From positions 1-11,024 of the forward strand of contig JBFJHJ010000049.1 in NCBI GenBank assembly GCA_041613315.1: a DNA stretch of 11,024 bases, in the 5' to 3' direction. Under the pieces are notes generated by a model, which saw nothing but the letters and a program-made list of their open reading frames with translations, had not been told where the DNA came from and did not search any database. The position numbers and the translations under genes were made by a program. The first letter of the stretch is position 1; every line of letters starts with the position of its first letter. This DNA is from Gemmatimonadales bacterium (GTDB lineage: Bacteria; Gemmatimonadota; Gemmatimonadetes; Gemmatimonadales; GWC2-71-9). Shown here piece after piece: positions 1-7,957 of the stretch.

Positions 1-288
1 CGGCCGGTGGTCGCCCACCGGCTGCCCCCGGCGGTGGTGCCGAGCGAGCCGCCGGGCAGCCGGCCGCCGCTGGCGCTCCCGCGCCGCGCGGCGTCCACCG
101 TGCGCCAGGTCGCGGGTGCCGCCCGCCGCTCGATCGCCGGGGCCGTCATGTTCGGCTTCGTCGGCGTGGGCACCCTGTTCCTCGCCCTCCCCCGGATGAT
201 GGCCTACGCGCTGGCCGTCCTCTGCTTCGGCTTGGCCGCCGCCGCCGCCTCGCACTTCTTCCGACGGCGCGCCTACGGGCGCCGCTGA
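1..288 (+). CDS. 3' end of an unidentified membrane protein (partial, runs in from the left edge)
   Basis: Frame is open from base 1 to TGA 286-288. It has two hydrophobic segments (IAGAVMFGFVGVGTLFLAL, MMAYALAVLCFGLAAAAA), a basic tail and GC3-rich codons. The family cannot be identified from this fragment. Confidence 0.65.
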   Translation, partial: RPVVAHRLPPAVVPSEPPGSRPPLALPRRAASTVRQVAGAARRSIAGAVMFGFVGVGTLFLALPRMMAYALAVLCFGLAAAAASHFFRRRAYGRR

Positions 289-291
289 GCG

Positions 292-320
292 TCCAACGCC
301 CCCGGACCGCCGTGCGTAAT
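292..320 (+). promoter_or_regulatory. Putative ECF-sigma (autoregulatory) promoter, TCCAAC-N17-CGTAAT
   Basis: AAC at 295-297 and CGTAA at 315-319 with a 17-nt spacer match the generic ECF -35 AAC / -10 CGT signature. It lies 6 nt before ATG 327 of the ECF gene, which lacks an SD. Confidence 0.55.
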
Positions 321-326
321 CCCGAT

Positions 327-878
327 ATGCAGGATGCCGAGCTCGCGGCCCTGGCGCAGGCGGGCGACCGCGATGCGTTCGGCACGCTGGTGCTCCGTTA
401 TGCGGGCCAGGCCCGCCGGGTGGCGCGGGCCATCCTGGGGAACTCGGACGACGGGGACGACGCCGCGCAGGACGGATTCCTGGCGGCGCTCCGACACCTG
501 GGACGCTACGATCCGACGCGCCCGTTCGGGCCGTGGTTATTGAGGATCGTGGCGAACGCGGCGAACGACCGGCGGCGGCGGCGGAAGGTCCGGACGGCTG
601 AGCCCATCCCGCCGGCCGCACGGAGCACGGACCCGGCGCCGGATGCGGCGACCGACCGCGCGGCGTTCCGCGGCGAGTTCGAGGCGGCGCTCGCGACATT
701 GCCGGAGCGCCAGCGGCTGGCGGTGGTGTTGTTCGACGTGGAGGGGTACCCCCACGAGGAAATCGCCGAGTTGTTGGGGGTCCCGTCCGGCACGGTGCGA
801 TCCGACGTCTTCCACGCGCGCCGCGCGTTGCGGGCGGCGCTCGCGAAGTGGCGAGACTGGAGAGAGGAGACCGCATGA
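327..878 (+). CDS. ECF (sigma-70 group 4) RNA polymerase sigma factor
   Basis: Region 2 (GDRDAFGTLV...DDAAQDGFL...YDPTRPFGPWLLRIVAN) and region 4.2 (LATLPERQRLAVVLFDVEGYPHEEIAELLGVPSGTVRSDVFHARRALR). ATG 327 is preferred; GTG 312 is an alternative but falls inside the putative promoter. Confidence 0.95.
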   Translation: MQDAELAALAQAGDRDAFGTLVLRYAGQARRVARAILGNSDDGDDAAQDGFLAALRHLGRYDPTRPFGPWLLRIVANAANDRRRRRKVRTAEPIPPAARSTDPAPDAATDRAAFRGEFEAALATLPERQRLAVVLFDVEGYPHEEIAELLGVPSGTVRSDVFHARRALRAALAKWRDWREETA

Positions 879-1243
879 CGACGCCCTCGCCGTTCGATCA
901 TCGGCCCGACCCCGAGTTGGGGGCGGCGCTCCGGGCGGTCCTCAGCGGCGGCGACGATCGCGCGTTCGCACAGCGTGTCGTCGCGGCCGCCGAGGGACAG
1001 CTGGGCGCGCGGCCGGCGGATTGGGTGGACCAGTTGGTGCGGTGGGCACGCCCCGGTCTCGCCGCAGCGCTCGTGCTCATGGCGGGCGCGGCGATCTGGC
1101 TGGGCGGCCAACGGACCGCCGAAAGCGGCAACCTCGCCGACCCGCTCCGCATGGCGGACGACGGGCTCGCGGTTCCGGCGCTCCTCGCGTCGACGACGGA
1201 CCCCGACGTGGACGTGGTACTGGCGGTGGCGTTGGGCAATTGA
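875..1243 (+). CDS. Putative single-pass membrane anti-sigma factor (122 aa)
   Basis: GAGGAG SD, with ATG 875 overlapping the sigma TGA (ATGA). It has a short N-terminal domain, one TM helix (GLAAALVLMAGAAIWL) and a small C-terminal domain. There is no HxxxCxxC motif, so the function is inferred from position and topology. Confidence 0.7.
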   Translation: MTTPSPFDHRPDPELGAALRAVLSGGDDRAFAQRVVAAAEGQLGARPADWVDQLVRWARPGLAAALVLMAGAAIWLGGQRTAESGNLADPLRMADDGLAVPALLASTTDPDVDVVLAVALGN

Positions 1244-1267
1244 AACCGACGTGCTCCGTTTTCCGTC
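1241..1267 (+). promoter_or_regulatory. Putative ECF-sigma promoter, TGAAAC-N17-CGTC, for the sensor/exporter genes
   Basis: TGAAAC at 1241-1246 and CGTC at 1264-1267. The AAC-N17-CGT geometry is the same as at 292-320 and resembles SigW/SigM-type consensus. Confidence 0.45.
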
Positions 1268-1329
1268 GTCCCTACTCAGCGGAGGCGATGAAGACGGCGA
1301 CGATCGAGGGGAACGGGCGGGCTATACAC

Positions 1330-1357
1330 CAACGGACAACGGATGGCGGATCACGGA
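1330..1357 (+). repeat. Degenerate heptamer tandem repeat (NNNCGGA x4)
   Basis: caacgga caacgga tggcgga tcacgga, ending 3 nt before ATG 1361. Confidence 0.7.
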
Positions 1358-1360
1358 TAT

Positions 1361-1765
1361 ATGCTCAACAAATCCAAACTCTGGGCCGTCGCGCTGCTGA
1401 TCGCGACGTTCGTCGCCGGCGTGGCGACGGGCGGGGCGGTGTCGGCGGCGATGGGCCACGACGACGGCGACGGGCGGCGCGAGGGGCGCCGCGCGGGCTA
1501 TAGCGAGCGGCTCCAGCAGGAGCTGGCGCTCACGCCCACGCAGCGAGCGTCGGTGGACACCATCCTGGACCGCCGACAGACGGCGATGCGTGAGTTGTGG
1601 CAGGGGGTCGCGCCGCGGTTCGACTCGCTCCGCACGCAGATCCGTGGCGAGATCATGCAGGTCCTGGACGAGCGCCAGCGGACGATGTTCGCCGCGATGA
1701 TAGGGAAGAGCGACAGCACTCGGGCGGCGCACGACCGGGAGCGTGGAGGGCGCCGTGACCGTTGA
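1361..1765 (+). CDS. Periplasmic/membrane-anchored helical protein, Spy/CpxP/ZraP/CnrX-like
   Basis: N-terminal basic plus hydrophobic segment (MLNKSKLWAVALLIATFVAGVATGG). It carries LxLTxxQ and VLxxxQ motifs (LQQELALTPTQR, IMQVLDERQR) resembling the LTxxQ family. ATG 1343 is an alternative start. Confidence 0.7.
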   Translation: MLNKSKLWAVALLIATFVAGVATGGAVSAAMGHDDGDGRREGRRAGYSERLQQELALTPTQRASVDTILDRRQTAMRELWQGVAPRFDSLRTQIRGEIMQVLDERQRTMFAAMIGKSDSTRAAHDRERGGRRDR

Positions 1766-3041
1766 CACGCGTTGGCTCCCGGTCATGCTCGCCGCCGTGC
1801 TCCTGGTGCCGGGCGCGGCGGACGGGCAGGTGCGCAGCGTCACGCTGGGCGACGCGCTCGACCTCGCGGTGCGGGCGCATCCGGGCATGGTGCAGGCGCG
1901 GGGACAGGTGGACGTCGCCGGCGCCGGCAAGCGGGAGGCGGTGGGCAACTGGCTGCCGAACCTCACGGGCAACGGCGGCTGGAGCACCAACTCCGCGACG
2001 CGGTTCGACCCGAACACCCAGCGCACGGTCTCGGCCGCGTCGACATCCTACTCGGCGGGTTTTAACGCCTCGCTCGAGCTGTTCGACGGCTTCCGGCGCG
2101 CGGCGCAGAACCGCTCGGCCGGCGCCGACTTCGAGAGCGCCGACGCGTCATTGGTGAACCAGCGGTTCCAGGTGATCCTGGAGACGAAGCAGACGTTCTT
2201 CAACGCGCTGGCGGCCGACGAGCTGGTGCGCGTCGCCGAGACCCGGATCGAGCGTGCGCAAGAGCAGCTCAAGATCTCCCGCGACAAGCTCGCCGCGGGG
2301 AGCGCCATCCGGTCCGACACGCTGCGGGCCCGCGTGGAGTTGGGTAGCGCCGAGCTGCAACGGCTCACGGCCGAGACGCAACGCGCGACCGCCGAGGCGA
2401 ATCTGGCGCGGCTGATCGGCGTCGAGGGATCGGTGCGGGCGACGTCGGAGCCCGCGCTGCTCGAGCCGGTGGTGCTCGACACGGCGCAGCTCCGTGCGGA
2501 GATCGTCGCGTCGGCACCCGCGGTGGTCGAGGCTGAGGCCTCCGCCCGCGCGGCCCGGGCCGCGATGGCCGTGTCGCGGGCGCAGTACTTCCCGACGCTG
2601 AGCGCCTCCTTCTCGAACTCGTGGGCGGGGCAGACGATCGACCAGCTCAACAACACGTGGACGCTCCGACTCAACTTCAATTGGCCGATCTTCAACGGCT
2701 TCACGCGGGAGGTGAACGTCGCGCGCGCCGCCGCCGCCCGGGAGACCGCGCTGGCGCAGGCCGACGACGCCCGCCGGCGCGCCAACGCCCAGCTGACTCA
2801 GCACCTGGCGGCGCTGACGTCGGCCCAGCAGCGGTTGGCGATCGCCGTGGCGAGTCACGCCGCCGCCGAAGAGGACCTGCGGATCCAGCGCGAGCGCTAC
2901 CGGCTCGGAGCCGCCACGATCGTGGACGTCCTGACCTCGCAGGTCAGTCTCGACCAGGCGGAGGTGGACCGGGTCCAGGCCCAGCTCGATTTCCTCGTAG
3001 CGAGGGCCCAGATCGAAGCACTCATCGGGAGGGAGCTATGA
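1755..3041 (+). CDS. TolC-family outer membrane efflux protein
   Basis: GGAGG at 1745-1749 precedes GTG 1755. It has a signal peptide, [14 protein letters not shown], two OEP repeats (WLPNL...LELFDG; YFPTL...WPIFNG) and [13 protein letters not shown]. Confidence 0.93.
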   Translation: MTVDTRWLPVMLAAVLLVPGAADGQVRSVTLGDALDLAVRAHPGMVQARGQVDVAGAGKREAVGNWLPNLTGNGGWSTNSATRFDPNTQRTVSAASTSYSAGFNASLELFDGFRRAAQNRSAGADFESADASLVNQRFQVILETKQTFFNALAADELVRVAETRIERAQEQLKISRDKLAAGSAIRSDTLRARVELGSAELQRLTAETQRATAEANLARLIGVEGSVRATSEPALLEPVVLDTAQLRAEIVASAPAVVEAEASARAARAAMAVSRAQYFPTLSASFSNSWAGQTIDQLNNTWTLRLNFNWPIFNGFTREVNVARAAAARETALAQADDARRRANAQLTQHLAALTSAQQRLAIAVASHAAAEEDLRIQRERYRLGAATIVDVLTSQVSLDQAEVDRVQAQLDFLVARAQIEALIGREL

Positions 3042-3784
3042 CCGGCGCCGCGCGGCCGATGGAGTTCCGGACCGGGGACATCCCGCAGCCGGATATCATC
3101 ATCCTCACCCACAAGCTGACGCGGGAATACATCATGGGCGCCGAGGTGGTGCACGCGTTGATGGGCGTGGACATCCAGATCCGGCGCAACGAGTTCACGG
3201 CCATCATGGGACCGTCGGGATCGGGCAAGTCCACACTCATGAACCTGATCGGCTGCCTGGACACGCCGACCGCGGGCGAGTACTGGCTCAACGGGCAGAA
3301 AGTGAGCGAGCTGGACGACGACGAGTTGGCCCGGATCCGCAACAAGGAGATCGGCTTCGTCTTCCAGACCTTCAACCTGCTGCCGCGGGCGACGGCGCTG
3401 CACAACGTGGAGCTGCCGCTCATCTACGCCGGCATGGCGTCGCGCCAGCGCCGCGAGCGGGCGGAGAGCGCGCTCGAGCGGGTCGGGCTCGCCGACCGAA
3501 TGGTGCATCGCCCGAACGAGCTGTCCGGCGGCCAGCGCCAGCGGGTCGCCATCGCGCGGGCACTGGTGAACGACCCCAGCATCCTGCTCGCCGACGAGCC
3601 CACGGGGAACCTCGACTCCGTCACCAGCGGCGAGATCATGTAGGTCTTCGAGATCCTGCACGACGCGGGGCAGACGATTCTGCTCATCACCCACGAACAC
3701 GATATCGCGACGCACGCCAACCGGCAGATCCACCTGCTGGACGGCAAGGTGGCGCGAGACATCCTGACTGAGAACGTGACATGA
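3038..3784 (+). pseudogene. ABC transporter ATP-binding protein (MacB/LolD/FtsE family) interrupted by one in-frame TAG at 3641-3643
   Basis: Walker [11 protein letters not shown]-loop [10 protein letters not shown], signature LSGGQRQR and Walker B/D-loop [12 protein letters not shown] are present. After the TAG the same frame reads [46 protein letters not shown] (H-loop ITHE) to TGA 3782-3784. The family call is firm; pseudogene versus sequencing error versus readthrough is unresolved. Confidence 0.85.
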
Positions 3785-5349
3785 AGCGACATCTGTTTCC
3801 CGTATCGCTCGCGGCCCTCACCGCCCTCGCCTGTGGCGAGCAGCGCCAGGCGCCCGTCTATCAGCTCGTTCCCGTCGCCAGCCGCGACATCGTCGTGTCG
3901 GCGAGCGCCGCCGGGACGATCGAGCCGGTCACGACGGTGGACGTCAAGTCGAAGGCCTCCGGCGAGATCATCGACGTACGCGTGGAGACAGGCGATGCCG
4001 TCCGGCCCGGCCAGCTTCTGATCAAGGTCGATCCCCGCGTGCCGAGCAACGCGCTCAAGCAGGCCGAGGCCGACCTCGACGTTGCGAAGGCGCAGCTCGC
4101 GAACGCACGGTCCCAGCTCCGCCGGGCGGAAGAGTTGTACAAGACGCAATCCATCACGGAGCAGGAGTACGAGAACGCCAGGCTCCAGGCGGCGAACGCC
4201 AACGCTCAGCTCGTCCGAGCCCAGCGTTCCCTGGAAGACGCGCGCATCGCGTTCGAGGACACCGACGTGCGGGCCCCGGCCAGCGGCGTCATCATCGCGA
4301 AAGCCGTCGAGATCGGCACCGTGATCGCCTCGGCCACCAGCCAGGTGTCGGGCGGCACTACGCTGCTGCAGATGGCCAACCTCGACACCGTGCAGGTGCG
4401 CGCCCTGGTGGACGAGACGGACATCGGCAAGATCCAGCCGGGCATACCGGTCACGGTCACCGTGGATGCGTACCCCAACCAGCCGTTTCAGGGGCGCGTG
4501 CTCAAGATCGAGCCACAGGCGACGGTGCAGCAAAATGTCACGATGTTTCCGGTCCTCGTGCGGATCCCCAACCCGCAGGGGCTGCTCAAGCCCGGGATGA
4601 ACGCCGAGGTCGAAGTGCACATCGGCTCGCGGCAGAACGTGCTGGCGATCCCGAACGCCGCGCTCCGCACGCAGCGGGACGTGGGCTCGGCGGCGATGGT
4701 CCTCGGGCTCGACCCGAGCGCGGTGCAGGAGCAGATCGCCGATGCGCGGCGACAGGCGCAGGAGCGGCAGGCGGGACAGGGGGGCGGTCAGGCCTCCCTC
4801 GGCGGCACGACCGCCGCGCCGGCGGCGGCCAAGCCCACCGTGACGCTCCCTGACGGGCGGACGGTCGAGCTCCCGGAGGGTGTGTCGGAGAAGAAGGTCC
4901 AGGAACTGTTCGCGAAGATGCGCTCGGGCGGCGGCCCCCAGTCGCTCTCCACCGAGGACCGGGCGCTGCTGCGCCAGGTGTTCGGCGGCAGGGGTGGGGG
5001 CAGGGGCGGTCCCAGCGGCCCCGGCGCGCGCGGCGGCCCTGGCGGGGCGGCGCTTTCGTCCCAGAGTACGGAGTACCTCTTCGGCGGTAATTACATCGTC
5101 TTCGTGATGCGGAACGGCCAGCCTACGGCGGTCCCCGTGCGCACCGGTCTCACCGACCTCGATTATGCCGAAATCGTCTCCGGCATCGACGCGACCGATA
5201 CCGTGCTGGTGTTGCCCAGCGCCAGCCTCATCGCCAGCCAACAGGAGTGGCAAGAGCGCATCGGCCGCATGGCAGGCCGCGGCCTGCCCGACGTGCAGCG
5301 CCAGAGCACGACGACGACCACGAGCTCGAGCTCGAACAGGAGCCGCTGA
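3781..5349 (+). CDS. MacA-like periplasmic adaptor (membrane fusion protein), probable lipoprotein
   Basis: Signal peptide ending ALAC. It has [22 protein letters not shown], a coiled-coil hairpin, [31 protein letters not shown] and PVRTGLTD, plus a Gly/Arg-rich insert and a Thr/Ser tail. Confidence 0.93.
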   Translation: MKRHLFPVSLAALTALACGEQRQAPVYQLVPVASRDIVVSASAAGTIEPVTTVDVKSKASGEIIDVRVETGDAVRPGQLLIKVDPRVPSNALKQAEADLDVAKAQLANARSQLRRAEELYKTQSITEQEYENARLQAANANAQLVRAQRSLEDARIAFEDTDVRAPASGVIIAKAVEIGTVIASATSQVSGGTTLLQMANLDTVQVRALVDETDIGKIQPGIPVTVTVDAYPNQPFQGRVLKIEPQATVQQNVTMFPVLVRIPNPQGLLKPGMNAEVEVHIGSRQNVLAIPNAALRTQRDVGSAAMVLGLDPSAVQEQIADARRQAQERQAGQGGGQASLGGTTAAPAAAKPTVTLPDGRTVELPEGVSEKKVQELFAKMRSGGGPQSLSTEDRALLRQVFGGRGGGRGGPSGPGARGGPGGAALSSQSTEYLFGGNYIVFVMRNGQPTAVPVRTGLTDLDYAEIVSGIDATDTVLVLPSASLIASQQEWQERIGRMAGRGLPDVQRQSTTTTTSSSSNRSR

Positions 5350-6566
5350 TGCTGTTCGGCGAGATCTTCCAGGTCGCCCTCGGGGCGATCAGCACGAACA
5401 AGCTTCGGGCGTTCCTCACGACGCTCGGCATCGTGATCGGCGTCGCGGCGGTGATCACCATGGTGGCGCTGGGCACCGGCGCGCAAAAGGCCGTGCAGGA
5501 CCAGATCGAGAGCCTGGGGACGAACTTGCTCTCGATCTATCCCGGGCAGTCGTTCATGCGGGGGATCGCGAGCGAACAGCGGGTGAGCCTCACGACGGAC
5601 GACGCCCGCGCGCTCGAGCGGGACGCCCGGGGCCTCACCGCGGTGATTCCGGAGATGGCGTCGCGGAGCCTGCAGATCGAGTACGGTAGCCAGAACCTCA
5701 ACGTCAACGTCATCGGCACCGTCCCCGCCTACGTGCTGGTCAACAACTACACCGTGGCCGCGGGCCGGATGTTCACGGCGGGTGACGGCGAGGCGCGCAA
5801 GCGGGTAGCCGTCCTGGGCTACGCGGTCCCGACCATGTTGAACGCCAACGGCCGCGCGATGATCGGCCAGCAGATCAAGATCCGGGGCATTCCGTTCGAG
5901 ATCATCGGCGTGCTCGCGGAGAAAGGCGCGCAGGGGAGTTGGACGAACCCCGACGAACAGATCCTGATCCCGCTGGAGACCGCCGAGTTCAGGATCTTCG
6001 GCACGGACCGGCTGCGCTCCATCACGGTGCAGGTCCCGCATCCCGACTCGATGACCGTCGCGATGATCGAGATCGAGCGCGTGTTGCGGCGCGAGCACGG
6101 CATCCGCCCGGGCGGCGACAACGACTTCAACGTGCGCAACCGGGCGGAGTTCCTGGCGACTTTCGAGGAGACGACGCGCACGTTCACGTTCCTGCTCGCC
6201 GGTATCGCCGCCGTAAGCCTGCTCGTGGGCGGCATCGGGATCATGAACATCATGCTGGTCTCGGTGACGGAGCGGACCCGGGAGATCGGCATCCGCAAGG
6301 CGCTGGGCGCCACACGCCAGAACATCATGCTGCAGTTCCTCGTGGAGGCCCTGGTGCTCTGCCTGCTGGGCGGCCTCGTCGGCATCTTCCTGGGGTCGAG
6401 CGGCGCGGTCCTGCTCTCGGCGCTGGCGAACTGGAACACGCTCGTCTCGCCCAAGGCGATCATGTTGGCGTTCGCCTTCAGCGCAGCGGTGGGGATCTTC
6501 TTCGGACTCTGGCCGGCGAAGCGGGCGGCGAGTCTGGACCCGATCGTGGCGTTGCGGTACGAGTAA
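5349..6566 (+). CDS. ABC transporter permease, MacB/FtsX family (405 aa)
   Basis: ATG 5349 overlaps the upstream TGA (TGATG). NKLRAFLTTLGIVIGVAAVI, a large periplasmic domain, IAAVSLLVGGIGIMNIMLVSVTERTREIGIRKALGA and a C-terminal PAKRAASLDPIVALRYE. Confidence 0.96.
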   Translation: MLFGEIFQVALGAISTNKLRAFLTTLGIVIGVAAVITMVALGTGAQKAVQDQIESLGTNLLSIYPGQSFMRGIASEQRVSLTTDDARALERDARGLTAVIPEMASRSLQIEYGSQNLNVNVIGTVPAYVLVNNYTVAAGRMFTAGDGEARKRVAVLGYAVPTMLNANGRAMIGQQIKIRGIPFEIIGVLAEKGAQGSWTNPDEQILIPLETAEFRIFGTDRLRSITVQVPHPDSMTVAMIEIERVLRREHGIRPGGDNDFNVRNRAEFLATFEETTRTFTFLLAGIAAVSLLVGGIGIMNIMLVSVTERTREIGIRKALGATRQNIMLQFLVEALVLCLLGGLVGIFLGSSGAVLLSALANWNTLVSPKAIMLAFAFSAAVGIFFGLWPAKRAASLDPIVALRYE

Positions 6567-6567
6567 C

Positions 6568-6707
6568 GGCGCTCCAGGCTCCGTCACTCGCAGTCCGGGG
6601 GCAGTCCGTTCGCACGTGGCGGGGTAGACCCGCGAGCGCTCGCGGATCCCCACGGCGGCGCCCTCCAGGGTCCGCCGGGTTGAGTGCTCCAGCAGGCTGA
6701 TGGCGCC
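6568..6707. ncRNA. Candidate structured RNA or non-coding element (rod-like fold), family unassigned
   Basis: Nested complementarity found by eye: 6568-72/6703-07, 6575-80/6694-99 (one mismatch), 6585-90/6681-86, 6593-98/6675-80 and 6615-19/6650-54, with a perfect 16-bp palindrome CCGCGAGCGCTCGCGG at 6630-6645. Confidence 0.35.
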
Positions 6708-6716
6708 CATCCCGGT

Positions 6717-6722
6717 TATCTT
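6717..6722 (+). promoter_or_regulatory. Putative -10 box (TATCTT) for a leaderless or near-leaderless thrC transcript
   Basis: TANNNT hexamer 8 nt before ATG 6731 in very GC-rich DNA. There is no good SD and no clear -35. Confidence 0.35.
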
Positions 6723-6730
6723 GAGCCGCT

Positions 6731-7957
6731 ATGACCTTCGTCCGCCATCTGCGCTGCCGCGACTGCGCCGCGGACGCTCCCACGACGACCGCGCTGACCG
6801 CCTGCCAGACCTGCGGCGCACCGCTCGACCCGGTCTACGATTGGGCGGCGATCGCGCGCGCCGTGGACCGCGACGCCCTGCGCGGGCGGCCGCGCACGCT
6901 CTGGCGCTATCGCGAGTTGCTCCCGCTCGACCAGGCACCCGGAACGAGCCTCGACTCCGGCGGAACGCCCCTCGTCGAGGTGCCGCCGCTCGCCCGAGCG
7001 ATCGGCGTCGGGCGGGTGTGGCTCAAGCTGGACGGCTTCTCGTTTCCGTCCCTCTCCTTCAAAGACCGCGTGGTCGCCGTCGCCATCAACAAAGCGCTGG
7101 AGCTCGGGATTCGGACGGTGGGCTGCCCCAGCACCGGCAACCTCGCGAACGCCGTGGCGGCGCACGCCGCCCGCGCGGGACTCCCCGCCTGGGTCTTCAT
7201 CCCCCACGATATCGAAGCCGCCAAGGTGGCCGGCACCGCGGTCTACCGGCCCCGGCTCGTGCGCGTGTGCGGTACGTATGATCAGATCAACCGGTTGACG
7301 CGCGCCGCCGCCGAGCGGTTCGGCTGGGGGATCGTGAACGTGAATCTCCGCGCGTACTACGGCGAGGGCTCGAAGACCGTCGCGTTCGAAGTCGCGGAAG
7401 CGCTCGGGTGGCGGTTCCCCGGCGCCGTGGTGGCACCGATGGCGGGCGGGTCGCTCGTCACCAAACTGCACCAGGGATTCGAGGAGCTGCGGCGCCTTGG
7501 CTGGGTGGCCGACCCGGCGCCCCGGATCTTCGGCGTCCAGGCCGCCGGGTGCGCGCCAATCGCGACCGCCGTCCTGGCCGGGATCGAGCAGATCACGCCC
7601 GTCGAGCCTCAGACCATCGCCCGTTCGATCGCCATCGGCGATCCCGTGGACGGTCGGTGGGCCGCGCGCGCGATCCGCGATTCCGGCGGCTGGGCCGCGG
7701 CCGTCTCGGAGCGGGAGGTGGTGGAGGGCATCACCGTGCTCGCGGAGTCCGCCGGCGTGTTCACCGAGACCGCGGGCGGCGTCACCGTGAGCGCGGCCCG
7801 ACGCCTCGCCGCCGAGGGACGACTGCACGCCGACGACGAAGTGGTCCTCTGCATCACCGGCAACGGGCTCAAGACGATCGACGTCCTCGAAGGAGCGCTC
7901 GACACCGCGCCGCTGATCGAGCCGGACCTCGATGCCCTCGAGCGCCTCGTCGCGTGA
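6731..7957 (+). CDS. thrC: Threonine synthase (PLP fold type II) with N-terminal CxxC...CxxC
   Basis: LWRYRELLP, GGTPL, PLP-lysine motif SFKDR, STGNLANAVAAHAA, EGSKTVAFE and VLCITGNGLK. It is adjacent to homoserine kinase. Confidence 0.9.
   Translation: MTFVRHLRCRDCAADAPTTTALTACQTCGAPLDPVYDWAAIARAVDRDALRGRPRTLWRYRELLPLDQAPGTSLDSGGTPLVEVPPLARAIGVGRVWLKLDGFSFPSLSFKDRVVAVAINKALELGIRTVGCPSTGNLANAVAAHAARAGLPAWVFIPHDIEAAKVAGTAVYRPRLVRVCGTYDQINRLTRAAAERFGWGIVNVNLRAYYGEGSKTVAFEVAEALGWRFPGAVVAPMAGGSLVTKLHQGFEELRRLGWVADPAPRIFGVQAAGCAPIATAVLAGIEQITPVEPQTIARSIAIGDPVDGRWAARAIRDSGGWAAAVSEREVVEGITVLAESAGVFTETAGGVTVSAARRLAAEGRLHADDEVVLCITGNGLKTIDVLEGALDTAPLIEPDLDALERLVA

Noticed and set aside
1281..1503. 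GGAGG followed by ATG 1288 (MKTATIEG...)
   Set aside because: SD-ATG spacing is only 2 nt, the frame conflicts with the 1361 gene, and the product is not protein-like.
2621..3037. N-terminal extensions in the ORF track for the ATPase (also 5247-5348 for the permease and 7408-7953 for thrB)
   Set aside because: They overlap upstream genes in another frame. The coupled starts at 3038, 5349 and 7954 coincide with where recognisable family sequence begins.
3643..3655. Small hairpin right at the in-frame TAG as a PYLIS/SECIS-like signal
   Set aside because: Only 5 bp including a wobble, overlapping the stop itself. It is not distinguishable from chance, and the codon is not TGA.
6546..6583. Fragments resembling SAH riboswitch words (GGCGTTGC, AACGGCGCTC, CCAGGCTC)
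   Set aside because: The elements are in the wrong order and partly inside the conserved permease C-terminus, so the required fold cannot be built.
3424..6710. Long antisense ORFs (609 aa, 515 aa) and similar shadow ORFs across the window
   Set aside because: They lie opposite or out of frame to well-supported genes, are Arg/Gly/Ala-rich with no motifs, and are expected in high-GC DNA.
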